From positions 266,738-330,737 of the forward strand of contig NMRA01000484.1 of the NCBI GenBank assembly GCA_002633005.1: DNA of 64,000 bases, given 5' to 3'. Position numbers and translations under genes: made by a program. Position 1 is the first letter of the stretch; the number at the start of each line of letters is the position of its first letter. The notes below the pieces were generated by a model. That model made no database searches. It saw only the letters and a list, made by a program, of their open reading frames with translations, and was not told the origin of the DNA. Below are positions 38,801 to 51,349 of the stretch, one piece after another. The DNA comes from Phoronis australis (taxonomy: Eukaryota; Animalia; Phoronida).

Positions 38801-41800
38801 TGTTCCGTCTTTGAAGGGGACGGCGCTGAAATACAGAGAAGCAGACGTGAACAGCATTCTCACTGACTTTACACCGGGATAAGATCGGTTGAGAAGACAC
38901 TACTTCGTTTTTTACAGTCTACACAGGGATTTACAATCATTCGTACGTTTTGGTGCAAGCACAGCCAGTCTCATCAGCCACTCGCTGGCATACTTGTTAT
39001 AAGGTATACAAGAGTGATCCAATATGGCCTACGAGCAGACAAGTTTTTACCGATTGAAATTAAAGCAGGACAATTAAAAATACACTTCAAATCAGTATTG
39101 CAGGCATCGGTGCTGAACTTAATGTTTGTTTAGTGAAGACACCACCATGAAAGACAAATGGAAGCATCTGATGTAGGCAATATGCCTCAAATTCCACAGG
39201 TCAGTCACGCATGTGCAAAATAGCCCAGCATTTACAATAATGCCATGACCAGCACCTGGTTAAAGGTGTCTGTGGTGACAATCTCTGTTTTGAAAAAAGC
39301 GAAAGAATGGTTAAGTTAGGCATTTTTGTGAAGCCAGTCCATGGTTTGCTGGTCACTGTTGTAACTACATGATCAGGGTTCCCACTGAGCAAAAATCAAA
39401 ACATGGTGTACCTCGCGCGGCGATGCTTTTGCGACTAAATAAATTTGAAGTTAAGATGACTCCAGGGAGGGATTTGCCCATATAGTGAGGTATAAGGATA
39501 TTCTAACACCTCAATAGGTATTTTGCTATTTTGGTTATTGCCTCAGGTAAGTATTTAATTCTTCAGGGTAGGGGTAGTTGCATTTTTAGGGTGTAGTGCC
39601 ACACGTCTGCGGTTCAAATATTAGTGCCATTGCCATGTGAAACTCGGCGCAATTAGTCCTGTATTTTTTCTGCAAAAATTTTCATAGGAAAAAATGTTTG
39701 TGTTAGGATACAATTTACCTGGTATTTTGAATTTCACCAAATTTGCCTGAACTAACACATATTTTTTACTCAATTAAGAGTAGTTTAGTGTCAATGCCTG
39801 CCAACAGGAGTGGCAAAAATCCAGCATTCTGACAATCAGCAGGAATCCTTGAGACACGACTGGTTGGAGCTACTTTGAATTACGTTAAAATAATTCAAAA
39901 ATAAGATCAAGACAGAAGCACAACTAGATTTGTCAGTTATCATGGAGAGTGATTTTGACCATACTTTGCTGGCCAAAATTGGTACTTGTCCTAACTTAAC
40001 ACAATGAAATGTACCTTGAGATATGAACCTATCATTTTTTTATTAACACTTCATTTCATGATGAGATTAGGTTTTTACAATAAATTTATTCCTCAGAAAT
40101 GACCCATCATAGATCAGAGATTCAGGCAAACCTCCAGTTTCATCAGCAAATACATTCTAGTGACTCAAAATCACAATCCTCAAAGATTCTACTCAGTCAG
40201 AATTAAGCCAACTGAAAGTCCACAATAGACTTTATCCAATAACCCAATACATACAATGACCCTTTAAATCAAGAGGCACAATAAAGCTTTCATCTACACA
40301 ATACCAGTCTACACATTGAGCTGTTGATGGTACTCTCAGCAGGCCAGGCTTTGAATGTGGTGGAAATTGGCCAGATTAGCCACTTCACAGACACAGATGA
40401 TGGCCAGGGCAACAGTTGGTGGCCATAACATATCATTAGCTGAACTGTGAAGGATGTCTGGCTTAGTATCAAGATCAAATAAAGCACTTCCAAAGGTTTA
40501 GTTTTTGAAGCACAGGCAAGAATCAATGTATAATGGGCAAAGTGAATATAGTAGACAGTCCCTGGTGATGCAGACACTTTCCCCAGCTTAGAACATATTG
40601 AAAAATGCAACAGGTCAAAGGGTAAATTGCCGCCACCAGCAAAACTGTAGACTGTGTCAGAAATGAAATGAGAGGTTTATTAAAAATTGTCTCTATAAAG
40701 GTTTTCATGTTTGCATTTGTGGGTATGGTAAGTCTGCCAGTAAAGTTGACAACCGAGGAAGTTTAATGCCTAATCAACTAATTGGCACATAACCGAATTA
40801 TTGGATTACAGAACCAAGATCTGTGCAAGTTGCGATTCAGTCAAAAACCAAACTTGTGATTCACATCAGATTGATGCCTTGCCACAGTCCATCGTGCAAG
40901 ACACCAAGCCTTAAGATCACTCTTGCTCCCAAAACCTTTACTGAAAAGAGGCATTGGAAGATCTACGGGTACTACTAGCTCAGTAAACTCTGCGTTAAAG
41001 TTGCAGACCTGCCCCAGTAGAGGGGTATCACTGAATCTCCCAACTACAGGCATTCTTAATTCTATGGGAAATACTTGCCATTATAACAAGGCTATCACAC
41101 ACGTAAGTAGTGACAAAACTGCACTAACGACCCGGGTCGAGGTCAATGTTCAAAGATGTACCAGCGGGATTTGAACTGTTCATAATTAAGTATTCCAGCG
41201 TCTGTGGGAAGTGTGGGAGACCAGTTTAATATTTAATAGCAATAAAAGGACACTAACAATGCCAGATTTTGAGTACACTTAACTTCCACAGATCAACATT
41301 GTCCAGTGTAAAGTATGGTGATTCCCCCATTTACTTTTATGTATAAAAATTGTAAATTTTTTCCAAATTTTCGAATACTAATTAATTTATGCAAAAGGTG
41401 TTTTATGACAGTCGCACAGTACAAACCAAGCTAAAATAGACCTTACATTTTCTTGATTCTTATTTTGGTTGGGAATTGTGTTTAAATAGAATTCCATGTG
41501 TCGTGAATGTTGCGTGTTAAATAGGTGAAGAACTACCGTAAGCAGTTTTCAAAAAGAGAGACCGTCACATCTGACTATTCAGCAGACCTTAGCACTATTG
41601 AGTTGTACGTTTTTACCATCATGTGACGCGCTCATTAAAAATGAGCTACACTACAGCTATAGCACCTACTTGATCTTATGGTGATGTAGGCAGGTCCACC
41701 TGTCTTTCGTAGACAGGTGATCTCCCTATGACCCTCAGTCATACATTTTGACGAAAAATGTTAACTGTACATCCTCTAAAAGTGTCCTTCTACACTCCAC

Positions 41801-43397
41801 AGGTATCTATAGTGACGTGACTTCGGTGGTGCAGCCAGGGTGAAGTGTTATTTTTCAAAAAAAATTCCAGTGTACAGGGCATATTAAGATGTACTACCGC
41901 CTAATGGTCAAATCACATCCCAAACCAGAAGTCGAATCTAGATCAGCCAGGTATCGGCATGAAAAGAGCTGGAAAACATTGAAAGAACTTTGAAGGAATA
42001 AGTAAATTTATCTCACAATCATCAGGTATTGGATTTAGTTTATCTTTGCACCAATTCTGAAAGCTGCACAGCAGCTGTTTGATATCTGAATCGCTGAATG
42101 AATTCAGACCTAGCTACATAATGTAGATGGACCGTGAAGTTTAATACATCAATAAAGAAATAAATATAATTTTTAATCAAAACAAAAAGTTTATGTGGTG
42201 AATTTAGTAGTGATCGCGAAAATTTTTGCGCACTTAATGCTTAACGGCTGGTGTTTCATTTGGGGATCACACCGACTAGTGAGCCACAACACAAACACAA
42301 ACACAAACACAAAATGTTTTATTCTCAATACAGTACAAGTAACTTCATAAAAAATTTACTGGAACTTTTGACGTTTTGCTAAAGCGCATGCAACCAAGGT
42401 CAAGGTCATTGCAAGTCTACCACGAGAGGGACTTTACTATTCCGTGCTCTTACAGCTCCAAATCCAAAAGTGGGCAAAAGTGGCGTAAACGGGTCCCTCT
42501 TAAAAATGGCTGCAGAGAACCAGCTTTCACTGAATAACGGCAATGTCCGTTACTCAGTGAAACTGGTTCCCATCAGCCATTTTTCAGAGGGACCTGTTTA
42601 CGCCACTTTTATCCAAAAATGAAAAATAAAAATTGTGTCTGGTTGTTTTTTTGATGAGTTGAAATGACTTAAGTGTTAACTGTTGAGCTATATTTTATAG
42701 AGTAATGAGGAAATGTGTTCAGTGAGCTGGAGTTAACATTCCATGTGAGTTGAGCAAAACGCAAAACTATTATCTACGCACAACAAGTTAGTTTTAAACA
42801 CATCATTTGGAAGAAGAAATGTTCTATCAGGATCGCACACTTAGGATTTGTCAAATATTGGTCTAGAACCCCCTTAACAGTTTAATGGCTTTATGAAAGA
42901 TTTCACCCACGGACTACAATTTTGCAACAGGCACTTGTATTTCACAATCCTGAAATCCAGAGTAAATGGCAGCTGAAGTCCCTATGTGATACACCACCAT
43001 CTATCTATGGTATGTTTTAAAATATGGAAATAAGGTGAGATGTTCAACAGTTCAGCTCGACTTCACTTGAAGGTTTCAAGCCTTTTCAAGGGCATTACAA
43101 ATATTAAATGATAGATTTTAATTGAGTCAGTGTTTACATACACCACTTTTTAAAAAGCCTCTCTTAACACAAATCATATATCACTGAATCATGACCTAAG
43201 CCCAACAGGGGTTATCCAGTTCAACCCTTCATCGTACATACACAGTCATTTTATCAGGTCAATCACTCACTCACTCAGTCATAAAACTTACCAATCAAGC
43301 CCCCACACAAAAAGAATGCTACTTGGATAAGGAGAAGTACAACTCCTAACGCCACCAGTTTTCGATTACTTAAAGTCTCAATGACGAGCCCGGCCAT
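23799..43397 (-). CDS. WLS: Wntless (Wls/Evi/GPR177) Wnt secretion mediator, 13 coding exons, ~553 aa
   Basis: Exons 43397-43292, 38825-38526, 35777-35644, 34190-34029, 33485-33349, 32252-32212, 31449-31322, 30353-30256, 29642-29579, 29184-29041, 28662-28506, 24862-24773, 23899-23799; all GT-AG, phase-compatible, total 1662 nt. Diagnostic peptides [49 protein letters not shown]. Confidence 0.95.
24513..24772. repeat. 22-bp minisatellite, ~12 copies, abutting a Wntless splice donor
   Basis: Unit CAGTCGTGAATGACTAACACTA. Confidence 0.95.
24773..24862 (-). CDS. WLS: Wntless exon 12
   Basis: [30 protein letters not shown]. Confidence 0.92.
25540..26443. mobile_element. Degenerate Helentron/HINE-like element in a Wntless intron (repeated at ~27530-28438)
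   Basis: Its end (gccggacagagataacagaaatatatgaccacata...gtgggagcac) resembles the end of the 58481-59736 element; it has internal GCCAxxAGxxGGCAC-like motifs. Confidence 0.45.
26511..26667 (-). CDS. WLS: Wntless exon 11, duplicate copy
   Basis: [31 protein letters not shown]...SAFLT. Confidence 0.8.
27045..27188 (-). CDS. WLS: Wntless exon 10, duplicate copy
   Basis: [48 protein letters not shown]. Confidence 0.8.
28506..28662 (-). CDS. WLS: Wntless exon 11
   Basis: Same peptide as 26511-26667, GT-AG bounded. Confidence 0.88.
29041..29184 (-). CDS. WLS: Wntless exon 10
   Basis: Same peptide as 27045-27188, GT-AG bounded. Confidence 0.88.
29579..29642 (-). CDS. WLS: Wntless exon 9
   Basis: [22 protein letters not shown]. 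Confidence 0.9.
30256..30353 (-). CDS. WLS: Wntless exon 8
   Basis: [33 protein letters not shown]. Confidence 0.9.
31322..31449 (-). CDS. WLS: Wntless exon 7
   Basis: [42 protein letters not shown]. Confidence 0.92.
31487..31860. repeat. Two copies of an AT-rich dispersed repeat, with a third copy at ~47030-47210
   Basis: Shared aattctc..ttt.cac.caaaaa.aatt...atttttacatt...caaag.ctgattactt. Confidence 0.55.
32212..32252 (-). CDS. WLS: Wntless exon 6 (41 nt)
   Basis: [13 protein letters not shown], phases match both neighbours. Confidence 0.85.
33349..33485 (-). CDS. WLS: Wntless exon 5
   Basis: [46 protein letters not shown]. Confidence 0.92.
34029..34190 (-). CDS. WLS: Wntless exon 4
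   Basis: [34 protein letters not shown]...[10 protein letters not shown]. Confidence 0.9.
34159..34530. repeat. 45-bp minisatellite, ~8 copies, made of the Wntless exon 4 acceptor and exon start
   Basis: Unit ctcatcctataacacccaacagtcgtaatgttcaccgctatgttt at a 45-nt period (34185, 34230 ... 34500). Confidence 0.95.
35644..35777 (-). CDS. WLS: Wntless exon 3
   Basis: [44 protein letters not shown]. Confidence 0.88.
38526..38825 (-). CDS. WLS: Wntless exon 2
   Basis: [14 protein letters not shown]...[10 protein letters not shown]...[18 protein letters not shown]. Confidence 0.92.
42471..42615. mobile_element. ~140-bp near-perfect palindromic MITE in Wntless intron 1
   Basis: aaaagtggcgtaaacgggtccctct...tcactgaataacgg [short loop] ccgttactcagtga...agagggacctgtttacgccactttt. 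Confidence 0.75.
43292..43397 (-). CDS. WLS: Wntless first coding exon
   Basis: [35 protein letters not shown]|gtaagt. Confidence 0.92.
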
Positions 43398-43690
43398 GCT
43401 TCGTGTCTCCTGAAAACTTGGTCCGATTTACAACAGCACAAAATCAAGTTTACCAGCCAATTTTGTAGCAGCTAGCACTCCATGAAAACTTTACGAACTT
43501 TCATGAGAGAAGTGCGAGAGCGACACCTGACGACGGAAATATTCAACTGGAGGGGTGACCGGCGTGATTGAGCAAACATTATTGCTCATTACAGTGTAAT
43601 TCAAAAAGGATTTCATTCAATCACCTACAATGCATCTTATTTAAAGTTCTGTCGGTTTTAAAATTCTTACTTAATTCATTTCACGCAATG
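43398..43690. promoter_or_regulatory. Putative bidirectional promoter between Wntless and the SYCE2-like gene
   Basis: Wls ATG at 43397 (-), a strong + strand donor CAAG|GTAAGT at 43820/43821, and an ATTG-type/CCAAT-like and CpG-richer stretch between them. Inferred only. Confidence 0.45.
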
Positions 43691-44050
43691 TTTCCGTTTA
43701 AGCGTATCCACCCCTTTCATGGTTTGGACTTTTCCAAAATCGCTTCCGCTTTGAAAGAAAATTCGTCTGCAGACGTATGTCGAAGAAAGCCAAAGCCTTT
43801 CGGCGCAATTGACACTCAAGGTAAGTTTATTTAAGATTATTTTAAGTCCTTTACTGTATAGAAAAACTGCAAGCAAAATTACAGTTTGTGTTGTGAATCC
43901 TACTTGCTGTTTCATAGTGAGGGAGGGCATTCTGATCGAGTCACCGCCGTGGCGTAGGCGGCGCAGGCCCTACTGTACTCAGTTTCAGTGTACTGTCTAA
44001 AGTTTAAACTACTACCAGGCCTACTAGTCTCTGTAGTGACGAACTGATTC

Positions 44051-45330
44051 CATTGGCGGATCTACAGGGGGGGNCCCCCTGGGGACAGACGTCTCCAGCA
44101 AAACAAAACCAAACGGTGACGAGCAGAACTACCCTGTCTGTGTGCAATTTCGGGGTCTACGGAAGAAATATACGCAGTGGGACCTAGCTGTATTTTGACG
44201 ACAGTCTTCATACAGCTAGCTGGCTGGCTAGTGTAAACCCCAAGTAAACCAACTTGGAAAAAAATGAGGGGGGTTCACTCTGAAAATATATTTTTTGCAT
44301 TGTGAACTGCTGTTATGAAAATCAATGCGTTTCGAGTTATGTCCATGCAAGGAATGACCAAGGGGGCACTCACATTGACAAAGTGACCGCATTCGCGAAT
44401 AGTGTACAGTACCAGAAATTGCGGGGAGGCTGTATTTTCACAACAAAGTCTTGCGGTACTCGTGCGATGTTGAATGGGCCTCCTAAGGAGCCCTAGTGCC
44501 AACCTGAACACCTACCATCTTTCTACCTACAATAAGCACCATTGCCGTCTTCTATACTGGGAATTTCCGCATAAAGGTCCACCCGATGAAACGCCCATGC
44601 CCATAGGTATATATTTGATGTTAGTACTTCGGGTTTCAAGCATTTAGACATTGGGACGTTTATTTCGAAAATTGCAAGAGATGCAAATAGGTCCTGGGAT
44701 ACATCGTGAAGGTTTGAAGTAGTCCATGATGAACGGATCAAATTTAGTTGCGCATGCTGTAGGTCTTTTGAATGGACTTGGTAACCTCAGGGGGCTTAGT
44801 GCCAACTGACCTGCGAAACGAAATGCTGACATTGTAGAGGCATACAAGCTCATTGACACAGCAGTTGACGAAGTGCAAGCGTTGGGAACAAACGGCGAAG
44901 ATGTCTGGGTAGAATGGTTCCAAGAGCAGCAAACCATTGGATCCGATGTACAGATTCCTCGGCAGTCTAGACAACAGAAAGATAGGAACAACGTTCCTGG
45001 AGAAACACCCAGGTATTAAGTTATAATTATACACAGTTTGTAATAATGTCGGTTTTTTATGCTTGTGTACAATGAAAACAAAATAGAAATTATTCTTGGA
45101 CATGCCAAATTTACCCAGTACAGCAGAGGGTCTACGAGCGCACAGAAACTGATTCTGGTTTGTATTTCCACTTGAGTCTATCTGCTTCATATCCAAAATC
45201 TTATTTCATGTAGTGCGTAGTTAAATCTGTACTTAATACTTTTATTCTTCCAGTGAGTGCTACAGAATGGTGCGAAAACCCTTCCTAGACAACCTCTCGC
45301 GGCATTTGACCACCAGATGTGTAAACTACA
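44051..45330 (+). pseudogene. Decayed hAT-family (PRKRIR/ZMYM-like) transposase with a retained intron
   Basis: NADIVEAYKLIDTAVDEV...IPRQSRQQKDRNNVPGETP|intron ~45012-45253|ECYRMVRKPFLDNLSRHLTTR matches the hAT PRxxxRQxxRxNVP...YYR...PFLD signature; in-frame stops lie upstream. Confidence 0.7.
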
Positions 45331-46852
45331 CGTATGAGCAACCACTGGGGATTAAAAAGTGTTTAGAGAGAAGTTTTCAATTCAAAATTTTTTGCAAAGT
45401 ACGCTTTAGGTCTCGCGACGGACCAGGCCAGCTTGATTTGTGTAGATATCGAGTTTCAGTGTACTTCTGGTCGCTCGGCGAACTAGTTTTGTGATGTTTT
45501 TTACCAAAGCGTGCTTTGTAAAACTATTTATCTCAGCCAGTATTGTTTGGTCCCGCGACAGATCGACTATTTTTATAGGGATAATAAGCACAGGCAGGTG
45601 TACTTTTGGTCTCGTGACGGACCAGGCCAGAGTTTTTGTGTACTCTCAGTGTACATCTGGTCCCTATGCGAACTGCTCCTGTATATCTTTTCACCACGGT
45701 GTAGGCCTACAGAGTGTTTTGGTTTCGTGAAACTGTTTTCAGATGATTTGTTTCCTGATGCATTTGACATTTTTCAATTGTTGTCAACGTGATTCAGCTT
45801 AATAAAGTGATACTTAATTGTTTATTGTCGCTTTTAATAATAGACTATGAACTGAGAGCACCATCGTTCGCCAGTTTTTCTCGTAACAAGACAGAACACG
45901 TTTATTTCCAGACTAACAGTACAGGTCTTCATTCTTAAACAGCTTGAGGCTGTTGTGATCATCTGATATTCAAGTTTTTACGCCCCGTCGGTGCTCCTTA
46001 TGCTCTTGAATATTTGGTAGTTGTCTAAACCCCTGTATACACACCACACTTTTTCGTATGCTAAAAAGGTGTGTGTAAGCAGATGTCCCAACAAAAATTT
46101 TTGCTGGTGGTGTGACTCATACCCAGATGTGCACAAATATGGTTTCACGAAACTTATGAGCCAAGTTCATGTGACGAAATCGAGAAGGGTTTTTAACTAT
46201 CTTAAGAAAAACTCCAGGGACATGTTAAGTGCTAGAAACGTACCAGGATGCATATCATCTCACCAATTTAGAACACAATATGGCAGACAAGTGAAATTTT
46301 ATGTTTTCCTTTTTTTAATAAAAGAAAAGTAGCACCTAATAATGCTATACCATTTTAAAGGTCTATGCCATGGCTACCTTCAGACAATGTTTCCAGCAAC
46401 TGCGAACATTCAAAACAATATTAGAAGTGTTTGAAAATTGAAAAAAGACCAATTTTGGCAATTATTTTTGTCCGAAATTGTTGAGGTTTACCCTAATCAC
46501 CTACCACAGAGCCTAATGGATTTTATGACTTCATGACTTCTTTTGTTTGGGAATTCAAGGAACAGTGATGCCTGTTCGCAGCAACATTGTTTCCTAACCC
46601 TTTTAGACACTGCGGACATTAGAAATAAAATCCGTCCATTCACTGGAAGTTGAACCAATAAATTCTGTACCACACTTAGGCTTGAACCAGCATTGCCACA
46701 AATTATTGCCGGGGTCAGGGGTGGCTGCATGGACCTGTTCCTGAAGTTAGCCAATAGTTATGCAGTTGGTTTATTTGTTTCTAATTTTTACAGGGCAGGT
46801 TGCCAAAAAGTTGTTGCGTAGATATTAATGCGAATGTCGTGTCACTAAACAC

Positions 46853-49096
46853 ATGATGACTGAGTACGTTGGCAGCAAGCCAAGAACAGGACACCATACT
46901 TTACTAGAAGGTACAAGTCACACGTCTTCTCCAACTGTTGATGCTAATGTCAGGTATGTATTATTCCACTTGTTAAACAATTGATGAAATGCTGCATTTA
47001 AATAAGAGATGGGTGTAGATTTTGTATTATAATTCTCTAATTTTTTCACTCAAAAATAATTTTCAAAATTGTAATTTTTACATTTCAAAGACTGATTACT
47101 TCACTGCCAATAAAAATTTTACCAAAAGTTGTTTTATAACATCTAAATGGTACAAACTATGCAATTAGTAATAAATGGGAATTTCCTTAATCTTTATTTT
47201 TTGAGAAATTTGACAGGAAATAATTTGACGTGTTGGACATATTGGGTGCTGAATATGTAGTGAACAATAACCATATAGTGTACTATCTTAATTTGTGCAC
47301 TGAGTTTCAGATCCAGGATCAAGCCACACTGACAGTGTTTTCAACTCCATAGTGCCTAAAGCTGACCCCCGTATTCACCTGATGTTCATTTTTTGATGTC
47401 AGAGCCATCTTGAAACTCAAACTCTGTTGTTTTTGATAAGAACAAGCTTAAGATAAGTGTCTAAAATTGTGAGCCCCATACATTAAGATTTGCGTGGATG
47501 AAATTTTTGTTGCGCCTCATGACCCCAGGGCGACTGAAGTCTCAATTTGAAATCTCAAGTTTAAACTTAAGATTGTGAGTCAAATCTCCAGGTCATCAAG
47601 TGTGAACTGAACTTAAAGTTGGAGCTTATGCGAGTAAAACATAATCAGAATGGAACAGCGGGAAATTATAGACACTCAAATTGAGTTCTTCTCAGAACGG
47701 AACAGCGGGAAATATCAAACAGAATTTGAAGTTCAAGTTAGAGATTAGACCCCAAGCAACCATGAATGCATTTCCACCAGGTGACACTGATTTTTTATAT
47801 AATTATTATTTAATTGTAGGTGTAGATTAATTCGTGTTTCTTTCAATTCGTGCAAATTTTGACTTCGATTTTCTTTTGAAAATTAGTATATTGTTCTGAC
47901 TAAACTTGCCACTAATGCATAAGACTGAATACTGTTTTACATTTCGCAGTTGTTTTTTATTTTTATTTTTCTTAGAGACAACAAAGAGGATGTGATTGAA
48001 GTCTGCACCAAGTCGTCCATAGATGATCTCAATAACCAAGCTCACAAGCTTATAGAAGAAATAAACATAAAAAGAAGACAAGACAGTCAGTTGTTAGCTG
48101 AGTTCAGAACTGTGTTGGAGAAGCAGGTAGTGTCATCATGAGACTCACTTTTTAGTATCATGCCTTTGCTAGTGCTCATCTTAGAAAATCGTTTTTGACT
48201 TAGCTCCCGTAACTCGCAAACCTTCGAGTAACGATCAGTCAGATTCAATGGCACCTTCATGGCCACATCTCGATGTGTGACAATGGTAACGACATTTTTG
48301 TGTGAGCGAATCAACTATAGGGGTAAATTTTATTTTTTAAACGCCCATGATGCTAGGCTTAATAGCCTACACCAATTTTTGAATTTCTGATTTTAGGCCT
48401 TTGGTTGTAAATATGTTTCAGCCTACACCAATTTTTGAATTTCTGATTTTAGGCCGTTGGTTGTAAATATGTTTCAGCCTACACCAATTTTTGAATTTCT
48501 GATTTTAGGCCGGTGGTTGTAAATATGTTTCTACCGGTTTTCTTCATTATATTTTTAATATTCCAGCCTACTCTGTTTTGTTTCTTACTGGGTTTCTAAC
48601 ATTTTACTTTGTTTTTAAGCTTGATGTGCCAAAACAGTGAAAGATTTTGATCATCAGTGGAACTTAAAAGTCAGCTCTCACCCACTGACCCTCATCTATT
48701 GCTTGAATTTTTTCATTGCCATAGTCTTCACAACGGCCAGCTGATTACCGTCATTTGAATGTCTTAATCTAAGCACTCAGCCCTAGTTAACTCCGGCATT
48801 TGGTATCCTCAAAACTATATGTACTATGGTCATTGCTGAAGGTTGTGATAACTATATTTTGTAACTGAGTGTCGGTAATACAAGCTGTATAAACATCCAA
48901 TATCTATGCCTTTTAGACTGTCACCACATGTAAAGCTATAGAGGATGGTCTGTATGAGGTCTACAGTCGCCATGGTGATCTGATTCAGAAGAAGTTACAG
49001 GCACTTTGTGACACACTGGACCGCATCTCCAAGTTGGAGACCGAGCTCGGTCAGTTTCGAGCCAGTTTGGATATGCTTTATCAAGACGTCAAATAA
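46853..49096 (+). CDS. SYCE2: Synaptonemal complex central element protein 2-like, 3 coding exons, ~143 aa
   Basis: Exons 46853-46953, 47976-48126, 48917-49096 (GT-AG, in phase). SSIDDLNNQAHKLIEEINIKRRQDSQLLAEFR...LYEVY...IQKKLQ...ISKLETEL...LYQDV matches the SYCE2 coiled-coil core. Confidence 0.85.
48364..48531. repeat. 56-bp tandem repeat x3 in a SYCE2 intron
   Basis: agcctacaccaatttttgaatttctgattttaggcc..tggttgtaaatatgtttc at 48364, 48420, 48476. Confidence 0.92.
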
Positions 49097-49963
49097 ACAT
49101 TTGTCACTTCCTATACTTGCATTAAAGTTTCTTCTGTTTTCAGCAGAAATGATTCCCAAAACTTGAGCTTTTCCACTTTCCAAGGCGTACAACATCGTTG
49201 TTTCTGACCAATTTTAAATACAGTTATCCCCCAAAAACTATGTGAAAACTTGTGAAATGATCTCAAGTATTCACAAGCCAATTTTCAATAGGAAAAAAAT
49301 TTTGCGTTTGGAACAAGCATGTATGGCGGATTCTGAGTTCCTCTAAATTTCACTGGATTAAATCATTGTGGCGCATGCATTGTACTGCAGTGACTGTGTA
49401 GTATCGGTGTCTGCCAATAGGGGCGACATAATTCGGTATTCATGAATGCTTTGGGGACAGGACCAAGTTAATCCCGTGTATTTTTTCCTGAGATATTTCT
49501 AGTAATACAAAATACGTGGGAAAGGCACTATTGTCTCTAATTTTATGCAATTAAGGGCTGAATGGAGTTCACTGATTGCTCAAATTGAGATTTATTAAAC
49601 AATCCTCAAACTTCACTTTATTACAATTTGAAATTGGCGCATTTGATGTGACATTATTAGCGCTGTTTAGCACTTAAAAGTATAATATTTGTGTTGTTTA
49701 CTCTTGTTGAAAATTTTGGAGACTAACATGTCGGCATTCACTATGTGTCATAGTCACTGTGACACTGTTGATTCTAACAGCTATTAATGTCAATTTAAGA
49801 AACATTTATTCTCTGTATTCTGCATAAGCCACCGTGACTGATTACCTAGCAATAATGAACTGTACTGTGACATATTAAGTTATGCAGCGATAAAGTTAAA
49901 CAAAATCCAAAATTCTTCAGCTTTTGTCCTGTTGTACACTATAGTAGATGATATCCAGTTAAA

Positions 49964-51349
49964 CATTACGGTAAAGTCGCGCGATTTTCGGATGGCCCGC
50001 CATTTTGGGACAAGAATAAATATTTCCAAAATGAGTTTTTCGGCATAGTCCACTAAATTCGTACAACGTCCAAGAACTGTTTTTCAATGATCCTCAAATC
50101 TGGGCAATGTCATAAACATCTGTCCCGCGACTTACGGACAAGGAAAATTTTAGAAACGCAAATTTCGGATTGACACAACTTTCATGTCACTAAAGCGTTC
50201 AATATGCTCTAAGACTTGAATCCGAGAATCGGTATAACGGGCTCTGTAATTTTTACCTAGTCTTGACGATGTCACAACCGTTACTCGATTGTCTTGCGTT
50301 GAGCTTGTGTTTGGCACTTATCAAATCACTTAATTTTGCCAGGCAGTGTTCTTAGAGAGATGACGACGTCTTGTTTTGGATAGGTTCAATGCATTCTGTG
50401 CCGTTTAATAGCCATTTTTACGATATTAAAACCACTACTGGAATTGCGTTGCAGTCGTGGGTGCTTTTCAACGCTCCATGTAGCTCTTGTTTACAAGCAG
50501 CGGTTCAACTGAATCCTGGTTTAAAGTATCCAAGGCACCCCACTGTGTTGAGGTGGGTTAACCTAACAAAGAAACTATTGAAGTGCTTGAATGGTACTAT
50601 GATCACGTGGGTTTAAAATTGAGAAAGCGCATGTTCTGATGGTCAGAAACCCTCTTCGTGCGTCGAATACGCAAGTCCAGCTTTTTATTGGGAAACCACT
50701 TTGAAAAAGCGCTTATCGTTGCGCTCTTTGTGCGTCGACAACGCAAACTCGACATTTTTATTGAGAAAACGCATTTTTACAGAAAAGATTCAGTTGTCTG
50801 GAACGTTTCATGTGCGTCAACAACGCAAACCAAACCAACTCATTGGAAAGCCCATATTTGTCACCAGGAACACTCTTTTTTCACAACGCAGCCCGATATT
50901 TCAAGTGAGATAGCGCGTTTTTTGAAAAAAATCCGTCACTTGCCGAGAAAGGTTTTTGAGCATCGACAATGCAAGCCGAATATTTCATATTGAGAAAGCG
51001 CATTTTTGAAAAGAAGAACCAACACGTGTCGGGAACGTTCTTTGTGCGTCCACAGTGTTGAACGCACATTTCTTATTGGGAAAGCCAGTTTTTAAAAAGT
51101 TAATCGCGCAGACCGTTTGGGTCTCGTTGACCACCAATTATATTGCTATCAAGTGACCGAGCCAGCAATGTTGATACTACGACCGCTCATCGAAATAATG
51201 TACACCCACGAAATTCGGACACGAGCGGAAACCCAAATTTGGAGGTCCGCCAAATTCGGACACCACAAAAATGATGTTTCGCGAGATTCGTCCGAGGATG
51301 AATTTTTTCTATTTGAGTGACCTAAAGTCGTACGATTTTACCGTAAGTG
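49964..51349. mobile_element. Non-autonomous TIR element (~1.4 kb) with internal sub-repeats
   Basis: Left ttacggtaaagtcgcgcgatttt versus right (reverse complement) ttacggtaaaatcgtacgacttt; internal recurring attgagaaagcgcatttt and tgtgcgtc motifs at 50615-51100. Confidence 0.6.

Noticed and set aside
45405-45665. Repeated ggtctcgcgacggaccaggccag motif
   Set aside because: Only two good copies and a few degenerate ones; probably internal repeats of a transposon remnant, with no further structure supportable.
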